A DNA stretch of 64,000 nucleotides. Source: Emiliania huxleyi CCMP1516 (taxonomy: Eukaryota). Position numbers and translations under genes: made by a program. The stretch is taken from NCBI RefSeq assembly GCF_000372725.1, contig NW_005201298.1:125393-189392 (forward strand), given 5' to 3'. The notes beneath the pieces were generated by a model that was given only the letters and a program-made list of their open reading frames with translations, was not told the DNA's origin and made no database searches. This document shows, one piece after another, positions 1 to 11,963 of the stretch (the first letter of the stretch is position 1; every line of letters starts with the position of its first letter).

Positions 1-736
1 AGAGGTCTGTGCGCCGCGGGGAGGGCCTCAGGGCGCGTCGGGCGCGACCGGGGGGGGGGGGGGGGGGGAGGTTTCCCCCCCAGTGGCGCTTCCAATTTTG
101 AGCCCCCCCCCAAAAAGGGTGGAGGCCTGGGGTGGGGGTGGGGGGCTTTTGCTTGGAAGATTTGGGCGGGGAAACTGGGGGCACCGAGCGCCCCCCCCCC
201 CATATTGGCTGGGTTTCCCGGGATTCTTCCGCGGCGGATTCGGCGCGGACGGCGTGGGCCAACGGTGGGGCCCCCGGATGGCAAGGAAAAAAGGCCCAAA
301 CCTGGTCAAAAATCTCCCCCGGCAGGGCAAAAACCAATGCCGCGTCCGGCGTCCTGGCTTGGCACCCCCCGGCGGAAAGCCCCTGCGTCGGAAAAAAACA
401 TCCCATTTTTCTGTGGGGCGGGTCGTCCACGCGCACAAATCCCCCGTCTGCGTGAAAGCGCTCGTCGGTGTAGTAAGGATCGTCGTCCGAAATGGCAGAC
501 GCGTCGAGATGCAGGCCGCTGAAGGCGGAGCGGTAGACCGGCTCCTCCTCATACTCCTCAAAGGAGGTCGACCCCCGCTCCAGAGAGAGCCGGGAGGGAT
601 CGATCGAGGCGGAGCGGTAGACCGGCTCTGCCCATTCCTGTGACCTCTGGTGGCAGAGCGGTGGTGGCGCCAGGTCGAGCTCCGTCAAGCGAGCCTCAAG
701 GTCATCGGCATCAGGAGAGGACCTTGAGGCAAGCAT
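1..736 (-). CDS. Hypothetical protein, 5' part; runs into low-quality sequence
   Basis: Manual translation from ATG at 736 gives MLASRSSPDADDLEARLTELDLAPPPLCHQRSQEWAEPVYRSASID...EEYEEEPVYRSAFSG..., with EPVYRS twice. Sequence left of ~440 is degraded. Confidence 0.5.
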   Translation of the reverse strand, partial: MLASRSSPDADDLEARLTELDLAPPPLCHQRSQEWAEPVYRSASIDPSRLSLERGSTSFEEYEEEPVYRSAFSGLHLDASAISDDDPYYTDERFHADGGFVRVDDPPHRKMGCFFPTQGLSAGGCQARTPDAALVFALPGEIFDQVWAFFPCHPGAPPLAHAVRAESAAEESRETQPIWGGGRSVPPVSPPKSSKQKPPTPTPGLHPFWGGAQNWKRHWGGNLPPPPPPGRARRALRPSPRRTDL

Positions 737-1756
737 CCTTCTGTGGCGTCAGTCGGCGCGCATGCACTCGTCATGTCAACCTCGAGCAGCAGCGTCCAGG
801 TCCAGGACGCGGCGGAAGAAGGTCAGACGCGCGCTTTTCTTTATTTTTTGCTAAAGCACCTCAACTCGTCCTGTGCCGCGTTTGTGCCGCGTCCTGGACC
901 CCGGTTGATTTTTTCTTTGAGGCTCACCTCGAACGCATGCCTAGACCGGAAACTCGAGCGAGCCCAAGCAGGCGCCGGGACGCTCCTCTCCACCGTGATG
1001 CTCCTCGCCATCATCGTTAGGGTGCCCACAGGGCCCAAAAAAGAAAGGAAAAAAGAAATGGGCACCCCCGATCGCAGCACTTCGTGTTGGCCAGTCGAGA
1101 AATTGAGAGTGTGACTAGGAGGGTGGGACGCTGGGGATTCTCAAAGGTATACCCTTGGAATGGCCGTACCGCCCGCCAGCCGGCGCAGCAGCGGCCAGCG
1201 CAGCGGCCGCCGGCGCAGCAGCCAGATCAGCCGGTGCGCGCCTTGCGAGGCGAGTACTGCCGCCCGGCAGCCTTGAGGCGGCCGGGCGGCAGTACTCGTC
1301 GGAATGTTGCGAGCCGTGCGCGCGCCGAGGCGCGCGCGGCGCGCGCCCGCCCGGCTGCCAGTAGGAGGCGGCGCAATATGGCCTATAGTACAGCCCTTGA
1401 GGAGGAGGAAGACGCTGGCTGGCAGTGCTGTATGCCGCCGAGGGGCAGTTTTGGGGTACTGTCACGGGCCCAGGGGGCTGCAGAAGGCGTCCGCAGCCGG
1501 GACAACCCGTCCCCCCAGCCGAGGCCGGTCGAAGCCCACTTGGAGGCAGCCATGAGGAGTCCTCTTGGTGCTCCTGGCGCCCGTTGGAATGGCGAGCGCG
1601 CGCCGAGGGGGGGGGGGGGGGGTCTTGCTTGGTCCAAACCGAGCGCCATCGGTCCGNNNNNNNNNNNNNNNNNNNNNNNNNNNNNNNNNNNNNNNNNNNN
1701 NNNNNNNNNNNNNNNNNNNNNNNNNNNNNNNNNNNNNNNNNNNNNNNNNNNNNNNN

Positions 1757-2196
1757 CCGTTGAGCTCGACAGGGTCCTCGGGCACGCCAAAGATGATGAG
1801 CACCACGCCCGCGACGATTGCAACCAGGCCGGCGGCGTCTCGCCAGCGGAACGGCTCCTTTAGGAAGACGACGGCGATCACCTCGTTGGCGACCACGCCC
1901 ACCGACCCGACTGGCGCGACGACCGAGGCGGGCGCGAAGCCGTAGGCCAGCATGTTTCCCAGCTCGCCTCCGACGTTCAGCAGGAGGCCGAGCCACCAGA
2001 GCGGCAACTTGAGCATGCTCTTGACTGGCTTGCCGTCGGCGCCCTCGTTGCGCATGTGCGCCGTCTTCTGCACGTTAAGCGAGATAGCGATGATCACGTC
2101 TGCGACGACCGAGAGGATGACGCCGATGACGAAGGTGTTGGTGCCTATCACTGAGATAGACTGCGGCTGATGCGCCGCGGCCGACGGGTAGCACAT
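1757..2196 (-). CDS. NIPA-family (DMT superfamily) magnesium transporter, 3' end lost in gap
   Basis: TM-rich, with SLNVQK...LPLWWLGLLLNVGGELGNMLAYGFAPASVVAPVGSVGVVANEVIAVVFLKE matching the NIPA signature. Confidence 0.88.
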
Positions 2197-3047
2197 TTGT
2201 GGCCATCCTCCTCCTCTCCTTCCTCAGCCTCCGACTCCTCTCCCGTGCTGCTGGTGCTGTTGTCGAGAGCGCACGAGCCTGCGCCGAGGGAGAGAGAGAG
2301 AGAGGCGGTTGGTGCAGCGGCGCGCCGCGCGCTCGGGGCGTTGCGACCGCTAAGGCGCGCCGTTGATCGCGTCGCGGACCATCAAGACTGGCGGAGCGGG
2401 AGCGAGAGCGGAATCGGGGGCGAGGAAAGGCGGTTGCGTTCGAAAGCAGAGCAAAAAAAGGGCGAAAAGGGCTGTTTTGGTGCTCCCCGCACCCCAAACG
2501 CGCGCGCGCAGCGCGCGCTAGGGGTGCCGGCGGCACCCCTAAGCGGCGCGCAGCGCCGCCGCACCCCTAAAACGCCCAGGTTGCAGGTAGGTACGCCGAA
2601 TTTCGCCCTTTTCGCTTCGCTGCGCGGCCTGGGAATAGGTATAGGTGGTAGTAGGTAGATAGGTAGGGCGTTTTGGCGCGAGTCATGGTGAACAGACCCC
2701 CTATCTGAGGCGCCGGAGCTCCACATAGCAAATAAAGAATCCTCTCTCTCACGTAGCAATATACGGCTAAGAATTTTTGTTAGTTTGGTTTGACCATTGG
2801 CGGGCGTCACATGTACATGTTGTGCATGCACAACATGTTGCACATGCCATCGTGTGACGTGTNNNNNNNNNNNNNNNNNNNNNNNNNNNNNNNNNNNNNN
2901 NNNNNNNNNNNNNNNNNNNNNNNNNNNNNNNNNNNNNNNNNNNNNNNNNNNNNNNNNNNNNNCCGAGGGGGGGGGGGGGGGGTCTTGCTTGCTCCACACC
3001 GAGCGCCATCGGTCCGGACCGGTGCCTCCACCGAGGGGTGGCCTAAC

Positions 3048-3162
3048 GGAGTCGCTTAGGCGGCTCCGGTGGTGTGCCTGTGATAGTGCTAGCACGCGCC
3101 AGTTCGCACCTATGTGTCGAGCCTGTCTACTGTGAGAGAGAGTTGTTTTGTTTAAATTCTTT
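3048..3162 (+). mobile_element. Diverged 3' end of the non-LTR element also seen at 47055-47296 and 38397-38790
   Basis: GGAGTCGCTTAGGCGGCTCC...GAGAGAGTTGTTTTGTTTAAATTCT resembles the stop codon and 3' UTR of the other copies. Confidence 0.55.
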
Positions 3163-3511
3163 GAGGTTCACCTCTAACCGTGCGAATGCCTAGACCGGAA
3201 ACTCGAGCAGCAGCGTCCTGGACGCGGCGGAAGCAGGTCAAGCGATCGCTTTTCTTCTTCTTTGCGGCTCTTATTTTCCAGTGTTTTAGGTGTATTGTTG
3301 GCAGTGTTGGTGCTTAATTAATTTTTTCCAGCCTTCCATAAAAGAAACGCAATTCACTCCGATTTCTCCATTTCCCGTGGCTCTTCGGGGCCGTAGAGCT
3401 TAGCTTCCAAGTAGTCGCCGGTCGGTTCACGCCAGTCAGTGCACGTCCAGTCGAGTCGTCGACGCTGCACGCCAGGCCGCGTCTCAGGCCACGCCACGAC
3501 CATCCGTGCCG

Positions 3512-4081
3512 ATGTTCGCGTGCAGCGTCGCCGCTGCCTCGCTCGTCTCGCCAGCGGTCCAGCGTTCTTCCGTGGCCTTTGCACGAGCGCGGACTGCGCG
3601 GGCCGCCGCTCCCGACGACGACGCCGCGAGCCCCACGGACAGCTCGCTGCTCGACGCGTTCCAAGAGCGCATCGACGAGGAGGGTGGCGCGACGCGGCTC
3701 CGCCTCTCCACTGACGCAAGCCGCCTCTCGCGCGGAGCTGGGAAGATCATCGGCGACGCTGGCTCTGCGGTCAACAAGGCGCTGGATCTAGATGGCCAGG
3801 CGGCGGAGAAAAACTACCCCGGCCGAGTCGGCACGCCCGGAGGCGTTCTCGAGACGGGAGGCTGGCGCCTGACCGTCGGCTTTGCGGCTGCGACCATCGT
3901 TTTTGCCCTCTACGCCGCCGCGACGACCGACTTTGGCGACGGCGGCGCGGATGCGGCCTCCTGCACGGGAGACGAGTCGCTGTGCACCCGCAAAGAGATC
4001 GAAAACAGCAGGTTAGCAGAGATCGTCGCGAGAAACAATGAGAGAGCTCTCTCCTCCTCTCTGGCCGGGCGGCAAGAATGA
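3512..4081 (+). CDS. Hypothetical single-pass membrane protein, possibly plastid-targeted
   Basis: Intact ORF with an Ala/Ser/Arg-rich leader (MFACSVAAASLVSPAVQRSSVAFARAR) and a hydrophobic segment WRLTVGFAAATIVFALYAAA. Confidence 0.6.
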   Translation: MFACSVAAASLVSPAVQRSSVAFARARTARAAAPDDDAASPTDSSLLDAFQERIDEEGGATRLRLSTDASRLSRGAGKIIGDAGSAVNKALDLDGQAAEKNYPGRVGTPGGVLETGGWRLTVGFAAATIVFALYAAATTDFGDGGADAASCTGDESLCTRKEIENSRLAEIVARNNERALSSSLAGRQE

Positions 4082-4320
4082 GAACAGCTCTGAGTCATTC
4101 TCCAGTGGTGTCTGGTGAAGGACTCTAACAAGAGGAATCAGAGTACAGAGAGCGATTTTGTTTTGTTGGAATCAGTCGCGAACCGTGGATCGTGGGACGC
4201 GCCACATCCGACCCTCGAGATCCGACCATGCAGCTTGAACACAGGGGGTTCGTGTATGACATGAGTGAACAGTGATCCGTGTGTGAGCCTTCGTGAGTGA
4301 AAAATTTCACCCTTTCATTA

Positions 4321-4545
4321 AAATAAAACAAAAACGGACACCTCTCTACTGTGAGATGGGTAAAAAGGAACAGGTCCCCGCCCTTGCGATCTTGTGCAGG
4401 GTTCTTTTCAGTTCTTTGTGGGTGTGGTCGGCGACTAGCCGGGGTCGTCCTCCCGATGGGGGACTAGCACTAGCCGTCTTCCACATGGTCCCTCGGGCCC
4501 CTGCTGCTCCTAATCTCTTCGTACATCCTCCTGCTGATCTCCGCA
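4321..4545 (-). mobile_element. Dispersed repeat R1 (SINE/LINE-like 3' end with T-rich tail)
   Basis: Reverse complement of 23710-23940; partial copies at 33378-33471 and 40210-40285. Confidence 0.7.
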
Positions 4546-5157
4546 ACGTCCTGCTCCCTCCCTCGTCTCGCCCTGCGCGACTGCTCCGCCTCACCGTCGT
4601 CTGCCCTGCGTCGTCTGGTGACGGGTCCTCCATAGTCGGTTGAGGTCGCCGCCGCCCCTCCTCGTGCCTCTTCCCAACGTTCCCTCGGCGGTCGATGCCG
4701 TCTGGTCCGACTCCGCCGTCCCCGGGTCTGCCCTGCCCTCGTCTGCACTAGCTTCTGCCTCGTCTGGTCATCACTGGCGCCTCTCCTCTTCTTTCTCCTC
4801 TTCTTGTATGCTTTGTACCCTTTCATTGTTTCACTTTCACATGTGAATTCCTGTGAATTTCACATGAACCGTTTCGGCCGCCCCCGTTTCACTGAAAATT
4901 TCACAAGTTTGCATCCAAAACGCGGTGAAAGCGACGAAGTATAGAAAGGAGAGAGCCCAACCGAGTAACTAGTGAGAGGAGGTGCGAGAGCAGCTTGGTT
5001 CGTGTGTCCTGCTCGGGGCTCAGGCGCTCGAGGACGTGTGTGTAGCCTCAATGGTCTTTTAATGCGCCCCCCCCGCCGAAATACAAATACACCGACATGC
5101 GAGATGCGTCGGCAGCGACGCGCACGACGACCTCTAAGGAGCACCGTGATCCGTGTC

Positions 5158-5394
5158 GTTAGGGTTAGGGGTAGGGGTAGGGTCAGGGTTAGGGTTAGGG
5201 TTAGGGTTAGGGTCAGAGAGTCCAAGCCGTTGTGTGCAGCTTTTAACAGCAAATGGTCCGGTTTGGGCCGAAGCCAAATGGAGAAATCAGCGGTCCGTCG
5301 ACCCGAGCTCTCGGTGAATGCTTTGGGTTCTTCGGGCTAGGGTTAGGGTTAGGGTTAGGGTTAGGGGTTAGGGTAAGGGTTAGGGTTAGGGTAC
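5158..5394 (+). repeat. Two interstitial telomere-type (TTAGGG)n tracts
   Basis: Tracts at 5158-5215 and 5337-5391, with GTAGGG/TCAGGG variants. Confidence 0.9.
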
Positions 5395-5467
5395 GTTGGT
5401 TGTCGTCGCACGCTCTCGATATCTGGCTAAGACGAGACACAGCATCAGAGGCGACCCAAGCGACACA

Positions 5468-6280
5468 CCAGAGCACGGCCAGGGGTGCGAGCCGCCATCT
5501 TGGACTGTGAGGCGAGTATTTGCCACCGGGAGCTCGCCGCCGCCCCTACACCGCCGCCGCCGCCCTCCCGAGGCCAGATAATAGCCCAAGTCGAAGAGTG
5601 CGCTCCGCCCTCGGTATCTGGGTGGTATACGGGACTAGAGAGGCACGCCAGAGGACGGCCGGGGGCGCGAGCCGCCATCTTGGACTGTGAGGCGAGTATT
5701 TGCCACCGGGAGCTCGCCGCCGCCCCTACACCGCCGCCGCCGCCCTCCCGAGGCCAGATAATAGCCCAAGTCGAAGAGTGCGCCCCGCCCTCGGTATCTG
5801 GGTGGCAGGCGGGACTAGAGAGGCACGCCAGAGCACGGCCGGGGGCGCGAGCCGCCATCTTCGACTGTGAGGCGAGTATTTGCCACCGGGAGCTCGCCGC
5901 CGCCCCTACACCGCCGCCGCCGCCCTCCCGAGGGGCCAGATAATAGCCCAAGTCGAAGAGTGCGCGCCGCCCTCGGTATCTGGGTGGCATACGGGACTAG
6001 AGAGGCACGCCAGAGCACGGCCGGGGGCGCGAGCCGCCATCTTGGACTGTGAGGCGAGTATTTGCCACCGGGAGCTCGCCGCCGCCCCTACACCGCCGCC
6101 GCCGCCCTCCCGAGGCCAGATAATAGCCCAAGTCGAAGAGTGCGCGCCGCCCTCGGTATCTGGGTGGCATACGGGACTAGAGAGGCACGCTGGTGCACGG
6201 CCGGGGGCGCGAACCGCCATCTTGGACTGTGAGGCGAGTGTATTTGCCACCGGGAGCTCGCCGCCGCCCCTACACCGCCG
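5468..6280. repeat. 180-bp tandem repeat, ~4.5 copies
   Basis: CCGCCATCTT recurs at about 5492, 5672, 5852, 6034 and 6214; units are nearly identical. Confidence 0.95.
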
Positions 6281-7025
6281 CGGCCCTCCCAATGCGTCGA
6301 GAGTCGACTTTCGGCTGCTGAGAGAGTTCATCCCACCATCGGCACCGTCGCCCACAGCACGCCAAGATATTCATATTGGTCTAGTCGCGAGGAACAAGAT
6401 CTCCCGTGACGAGAACAACCAACGCACCGGCCGTCTGGCCAAAAACGTGGGTTCGAATCGTAGGAGGCGCCTGAGCAAAATTGTGCCCGCTCAGGTGTCA
6501 AAAAACATATAAGAGGGTCCTCACGCAGGCCATATGGCCAACTTGCTGAGTTCGATACGGCAGTCACTCGTTGCAACCGAGGATCGCTATACGACGAAGC
6601 AAATAGGATGTAGATAGATGCTCCGCTGGCATGCTCTGGACATTGTGGCATGATGCTTGCGTATGGAGTATGCTCTGGGCTCTGGCCTACATGCATGCAT
6701 ACGGCTTTACCAGATCATACATGCTCATGCATGCACACATACTATATAGTTTGCTTGCTCCTTCTAGCCGAGTATAAAGTGTATACTGCTTGCTAGAACG
6801 TAGGGAAGAGCCTCATTCTGCTCACCATGTTGCCGAAAAGCTTACATGTTGCAAAAAAAGCTTATAGCGCGGAGCGCGGTGGGAGGGCTGCTTCCTACTT
6901 GTAGATACTTACCAACGGGACTAGAATACGCGACCGCCGATGGCAAGCAGGCCCCCTCCTCACTCCTGCCTCATCCTCACTCCTGCTCGCGCCCACAAAG
7001 CGGTAGCCACCCCACGCGATCCCAA

Positions 7026-7720
7026 TCACGGGGTCCACGCACCCGTATCTGGAACATCCAAATCCATGCGAGCCAGCAAGCACGAGAAGCAACAGCACGG
7101 AGGAACCACCTCAGTCGACCACCACCTCTTCTCTACGTACCGCACGCTGATCCCTTGTGCACGCACATGCGCATCGAGCTCGTCGAGGTGCAGCGAAAGC
7201 AGCGGAAGGGTGTTGTCGGACCAGTCGCCCGCCTGAAAGGTGGGCACGTAGACGGCATTGCCGTAGTTGCTCTTGCAGTTCGAAGGCGTGTCCTCGACGA
7301 TGATCGTGCGGTCGCGCGTGAAGCCAGCCGCCGCACGCTTCTTGCCGCGCCACACCTTGAGAAGCGGCTTGATGTAGTCGCGCGCCGGATGCAAGTCGAA
7401 CATGTGCTCGATCGGCTTGCGCTTGGCGCTCGCCCTGCTCGCTGACCACACGAACGCCCACGGTCGTGGCCGGCCGTCGGCGTCTGTGAGCACGTGCTGC
7501 GTCACGTGTCGGGCCCAATCGCTGCCCGCGTGCGTCCAGATGGCAACGGCGGCAAACGAAGAGAAGCAGTCGTCGAGAAAGGCATCGACGCCTGGCCGCT
7601 TGTGAATGACCGTGTCGAAGTCGGTCGAGTCGATGAGCGTGCCGTCTATGTCGAGCACAAGCGCAAGGCGCGCTGTTGCCCTCGATTGTGGGCTGCTGCT
7701 TGCCTGAAAAATGGCTTGGG
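7026..7720 (-). CDS. NIF/FCP1-like HAD-superfamily phosphatase; start uncertain
   Basis: LVLDIDGTLIDS (DxDxT), HKRPGVDAFL, AIWT, KPLLKVW, RTIIVEDTPSNC..NYGNAV. Confidence 0.85.
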
Positions 7721-8409
7721 CGACTCGTGTCAGCCGCTCGGCCGGCCGCGTCTGGGTCTCATCCTGGGACTGCCGCGCGAGCCTCGGCCCAGAGCACGTG
7801 TGTCGTGTCTCTCGCCCCGCCCCGCCGCCCACATTATTAGGCAGGCAGGTTGCCACATTAGGCAGGTGCACCAAGGGTCTGGGACCGCCGCGCGGGCCTC
7901 GGCCCAGAGGGCCAGGGCTGGCCCGTCGATGAGATACCGTAGTATCGTCACACGTACACGTGTGTGTGCGTCGTCCTGCGTCGGTCCCTATCCTGTCCGT
8001 TTGGCCTGCGGGCGTCTTTTTGTTTGTTTCACGACGACACCATTTGCCACCGGGAGCGCCAGCAAAGCACCACCCACACGCAAAGACACCCGCAGCCACA
8101 CACACACACACACGCTCCAATTGCTCCCACACCCGCACACACGCACACACGAACGAGCACATGGCAAAGCAACGCCCACCTTACAGCGAAGGGAGTCGAG
8201 CAACAGAGGTTGCTCTGCAGCCGGCCACCTATATAGCACCGAATACCGGGGAAATTTCTGACACCACAGAAAACACACACACCGACGCCCGAAGTGTGCC
8301 AAGAAGGACGTCATTAGTACGAAACCTCAGAAGGCCATGGGCGCCGTGAAAACATTTCCTCGAGAGCACAGAGAAAGGCAAAACCGAACCTCCTTGCGCA
8401 GTGACCCTC

Positions 8410-8464
8410 GCTAAGTGTCGCCGTCATCGGGGCACGCTATCCTGAGCTGTGCAGTCAGGGCAAG
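8410..8464 (+). repeat. Short dispersed repeat, similar to 23371-23421
   Basis: GTGTCGCCGT...GGGGCACGCTATCCTG...AGTCAGGGCAAG present at both sites. Confidence 0.6.
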
Positions 8465-8785
8465 CGAGGGCGAGGCGCACTCCCGTCTCTCGACTCCTGT
8501 GTACGGATGGTGACTGTCCCTAGTCTCGGAGGCAAGGGCGAAGCTAAGAATATTTAATTTTTCATATTGGTCTAGTAAATGAGGCGTAAAACAAGGGCCC
8601 GGAGGGTCTGACCACGAGTCTCTGGGGGGGTCCTCGGCCATGACCCCCCCCCTAGCATGTGGTGAAGGCGCTGGGGGGGTCGGGACCCCCCCCCTAGCCG
8701 AAGGGGCGCTGTCGAGGTTCGCCGAGCGCGGCGAAATCCGGGGACGCCGTCACCGACGAGCGCGTTGGAGTATTCACTCCGGACA

Positions 8786-8912
8786 AAGACGGCCGCACGC
8801 ACACGAGCTGCGGTCGTGCGGCCGTCATAGCGGCGAGGCGCAGGACCGTCTGTGGCGAAGTGGGTCGCGTCCCCGGATTTCGTTCAACCCACCCTCCACA
8901 CCCGTCTACTCG
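8786..8912 (+). repeat. Dispersed repeat R3, second copy at 32851-32966
   Basis: CACGCACACGAG...GCCGTCATAGCGGCGAGGCG...GGACCGTCTGTGGCGAAGTGGGTCGCGTCCC shared. Confidence 0.8.
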
Positions 8913-9165
8913 TAGTACTACTCCACACATAGACATTCTCGCGCGGCATTTTTCTCGCGAGAGGGCTGTCGCTCGCCCGCTGATGTCCGACAGCGGGACG
9001 TGTGTCGCAAGGTTTGTAGTTCACATACGCAATATACACCCTCCGACTGGACACTGTAGCGCGACTCACTCTAGGAAAGACGAGTCACCGCTAGATGCGT
9101 TCCCCCGCCCTGCTGCTTTGCTCTCGTTCACGACACGACCCCCCCCCCCCTACCCCCCGCCCCGC

Positions 9166-9927
9166 CTACTCGCTCGTCGGCGCGGTGGCAAGCTTGAAGG
9201 GCTGCGCGTCCGCCGGGACGGGTTCCTCCTCTGCCGCCTCCGCCTCGACCTCCGCCTCCGCCTCGACCTCGGCGTCCGCCTCGACCTCGGCGTCCGCCTC
9301 CTTGCTCTTGCGTGGCGACAGGATGGTGGTGACCTTTGCGAGGAAGGACGGCTTCTTCGTCGTGGCGGGGGCCTCGTCCGCGCCCGCCTCGGGGGCCGAG
9401 CCCTCCGCGACTGCGTCCTCAGCGTTCGCCTCCTCCGGCGCCGGCGCGTCCGGCGCCGGCGCCTCAACTGCCTCGTCGGCCGCCGGCTCAGCCGCCGGCT
9501 CAGCGTCGTCCTTCTTGGGCAGGATGCTGGAGAACGCTTCCGCCACCTTGTCGGTCATGGAGCTCGCCGCTGCCGCGATGCCCTCAAGAAGGTTGGGCTG
9601 CTGCTCCTTGGTGTCCGCCTCGGCGTCGGCGGCAGCCTCGTCAACCACCTCCGATGCAGCCGCTGCGTCGCTCGCCGCCTCTGCGACCTCAGAGGCCTCA
9701 GCGGGAGTGTCAACGGCCTCGGGCTGAGCGTCATCGGTGCCAGCCTCGACAACGTTCGCCGCGATGGGGAGGCCGACGGCAGGCGCATCCACGATGTCGT
9801 CGTCGTTGACAGTCTGTGGCTCGGCGGCCTTGAGCTTGTCCTCGATCGGTTCGGCAGCGCCAGCCTTGCCCTTGGAAAAACCGTACTTGCGCAGGTACGA
9901 GATCGGATTCTTCTTTGCGAAGACCAT
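9166..9927 (-). CDS. Acidic Ala/Glu/Asp/Pro-rich, probably disordered protein
   Basis: Intact 253-aa ORF from ATG at 9927 (MVFAKKNPISYLRKYGFSKGK...), with EAEVEA-type repeats. Confidence 0.75.
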   Translation of the reverse strand: MVFAKKNPISYLRKYGFSKGKAGAAEPIEDKLKAAEPQTVNDDDIVDAPAVGLPIAANVVEAGTDDAQPEAVDTPAEASEVAEAASDAAAASEVVDEAAADAEADTKEQQPNLLEGIAAAASSMTDKVAEAFSSILPKKDDAEPAAEPAADEAVEAPAPDAPAPEEANAEDAVAEGSAPEAGADEAPATTKKPSFLAKVTTILSPRKSKEADAEVEADAEVEAEAEVEAEAAEEEPVPADAQPFKLATAPTSE

Positions 9928-10042
9928 GGCAGAGGCTGGGTTAGGAGGCTGTTGTGAGCAAGCCAAGTCGGACTTGGCTGATCAACAAGGATCCGCCTCG
10001 TTTGCCCAGAATATTTTTTGAGCTTAGCCTTCGGTGTTATGA

Positions 10043-10199
10043 TCAGGGTGTGTGGCAGCCAGCTGGCTGTGTGTCTTGTGAGCTTGTTTGTGTCTGTGTG
10101 TCGTTCGTGCGTGTCGTCATCATCTGTCTCGCGTCCACCCATACCGCGTTGGTGTCCAGTCCGAGCCTGGCTGTTCTTCACCTTTCTACCTACCTACCT
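10043..10199 (+). mobile_element. Dispersed repeat R2 ending in (TACC)n; copy at 38031-38192
   Basis: ~160 bp near-identical pair, both ending CTTTCTACCTACCTACC, a retroposon-like tail. Confidence 0.75.
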
Positions 10200-10639
10200 G
10201 TTATGAAACAACGCAAGGCGGACATGGCATATCGCTCTCGGGCCCACAGACATCCCGCACACTCGCCGCACACCCGCCGCCCCCGCGCGCGCCCCACCCC
10301 GGCCGGGAGAAAGGGGAGTGACAGTTTGGGATGGCAACAGCCCGAGTATGTTGAGTCCTGGCTCAACAACGCAGATAACAAGAGGGGGTGGTCCGGCTCA
10401 CAGGTCCGGCTCACGCGCCTCGAGCTGACCCTCTACCGCACTGGTCACTTCCGCCCCCTCGCTCCCAACCCATCCACCCCGCCCCGGGCCGCGCCGCGCG
10501 ATCTCGGGCGATCTCGCGCCATCTCGGGNNNNNNNNNNNNNNNNNNNNNNNNNNNNNNNNNNNNNNNNNNNNNNNNNNNNNNNNNNNNNNNNNNNNNNNN
10601 NNNNNNNNNNNNNNNNNNNNNNNNNNNNAGTTGTACCTA

Positions 10640-10960
10640 TTTGCAGGGGCGCCCAGCAGCTCCCGGAGGCGTGGGGGCGGTTGCGACTCGCGGTCCGTGT
10701 GCTCCGGGCGCGCACGCTCGTGTCGATACCGCGCCGGCGTCTCGTTCTCCGGTCCAGCCCATGTCCGTGACCTTGGAGGAGAAGCCCGGGTAGTGGTGCG
10801 GCACGCAGGTGCCCGGGAAGGCGTAGTAGTTGCGGAAGACGCCCTTGACGCCCTTCGGGTCGGTGAAGGGCCACGCTTGAACAACATGTAGTTGAGCGTC
10901 GCGTACTCGCCGCTCGGGTCGAGCTCGTAGATGGAGACGGGCTCGTCATTCGGGAGGATC
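10640..10960 (-). pseudogene. Coding-like exon fragment with an apparent 1-nt frameshift
   Basis: ILPNDEPVSIYELDPSGEYATLNYMLFK, then AWPFTDPKGVKGVFRNYYAFPGTCVPHHYPGFSSKVTDMGW in another frame. Family not recognised. Confidence 0.4.
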
Positions 10961-11963
10961 TCGGGCGATCTCGGAGCGTCGCTCGCGCGGCGTCACACCT
11001 GCACAAAAAAGGAAGGGCCTGGTTGGAGCCACGGGGCTCACGAGGACGTGCTCGCTCGGTTCTCGCCGCCTCGCCCTGCGCCACTTGGGCCGGTGAGGCG
11101 GCGCCCCGCGCGGCGCGTCCCTCGCCCCGTCACGCCGACCCCTGCGCGTACCGCTCATCTTCAGCCCTCTTGGGGTTACTCTTGCGCTCACGCAGGGGAA
11201 CCCGGCGGTACTCCCTTCCCCCCACCTCCGACGGGTTAGGTCGGTTCTGCGCCCCTTGGCGCCTGTGCATGTCCCGCGTGCCCGCCTGCCAGGGCTGATG
11301 CCAAGGCCAAATCAACAACATGCCCGGCTGATGCCAGGGCCAAACCCACTGCCCGGCTGGTGCCAAGGCTCAATGAATCTCCTCTCCGTCTCTTTCCCCC
11401 CCCCGCCCAGACAGGACTGATCCGCACGACACACGACACACTCTCTCCTACTATCCGACAGACGCTGCTTGACCGACACGGGACGCTCTGACAGGACACT
11501 ACTGTGACGACTACCTCTACTCCCTACCGCTACTACTCGACTGGCGGCGCTCGCGGCGCCACGCCGCCCATCCTCGGCCACGCGTTGCGCTGGATGATCT
11601 CCCAGTTGCGCCTCGCAATGATGGCCGAGTGCTGCTGCAGGAGGCGCTTGCGCTCGTTGCGCACTCGCCACTTCTTATATTTTTTAATTTGCCAAGCGTT
11701 CGAGAACTGGATCGCGCCATCAACACACAAGGGCGTCAATCTCGTAATGACATGCATCCACGAGGGCTACGGCCACCTCCGCATGCGGGGAGGCGTATAC
11801 TCCACTCACTGTGTATGAGAGAGAGAGAGTTTGTTGCTGTGTATGTGCCATTTTCGCGCAGAATAGTGTCGAATAGCGTTGAATGGACTTGAATATACTG
11901 AATATGTGTGAATGTGTTTGGGCAAAAACAACGCCCATTCGGGGCAAGAAGGCCACCACACCC

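Noticed and set aside
50..440. ORFs in the first 440 bp
   Set aside because: Degraded sequence next to a poly-G tract; translations are unreliable.
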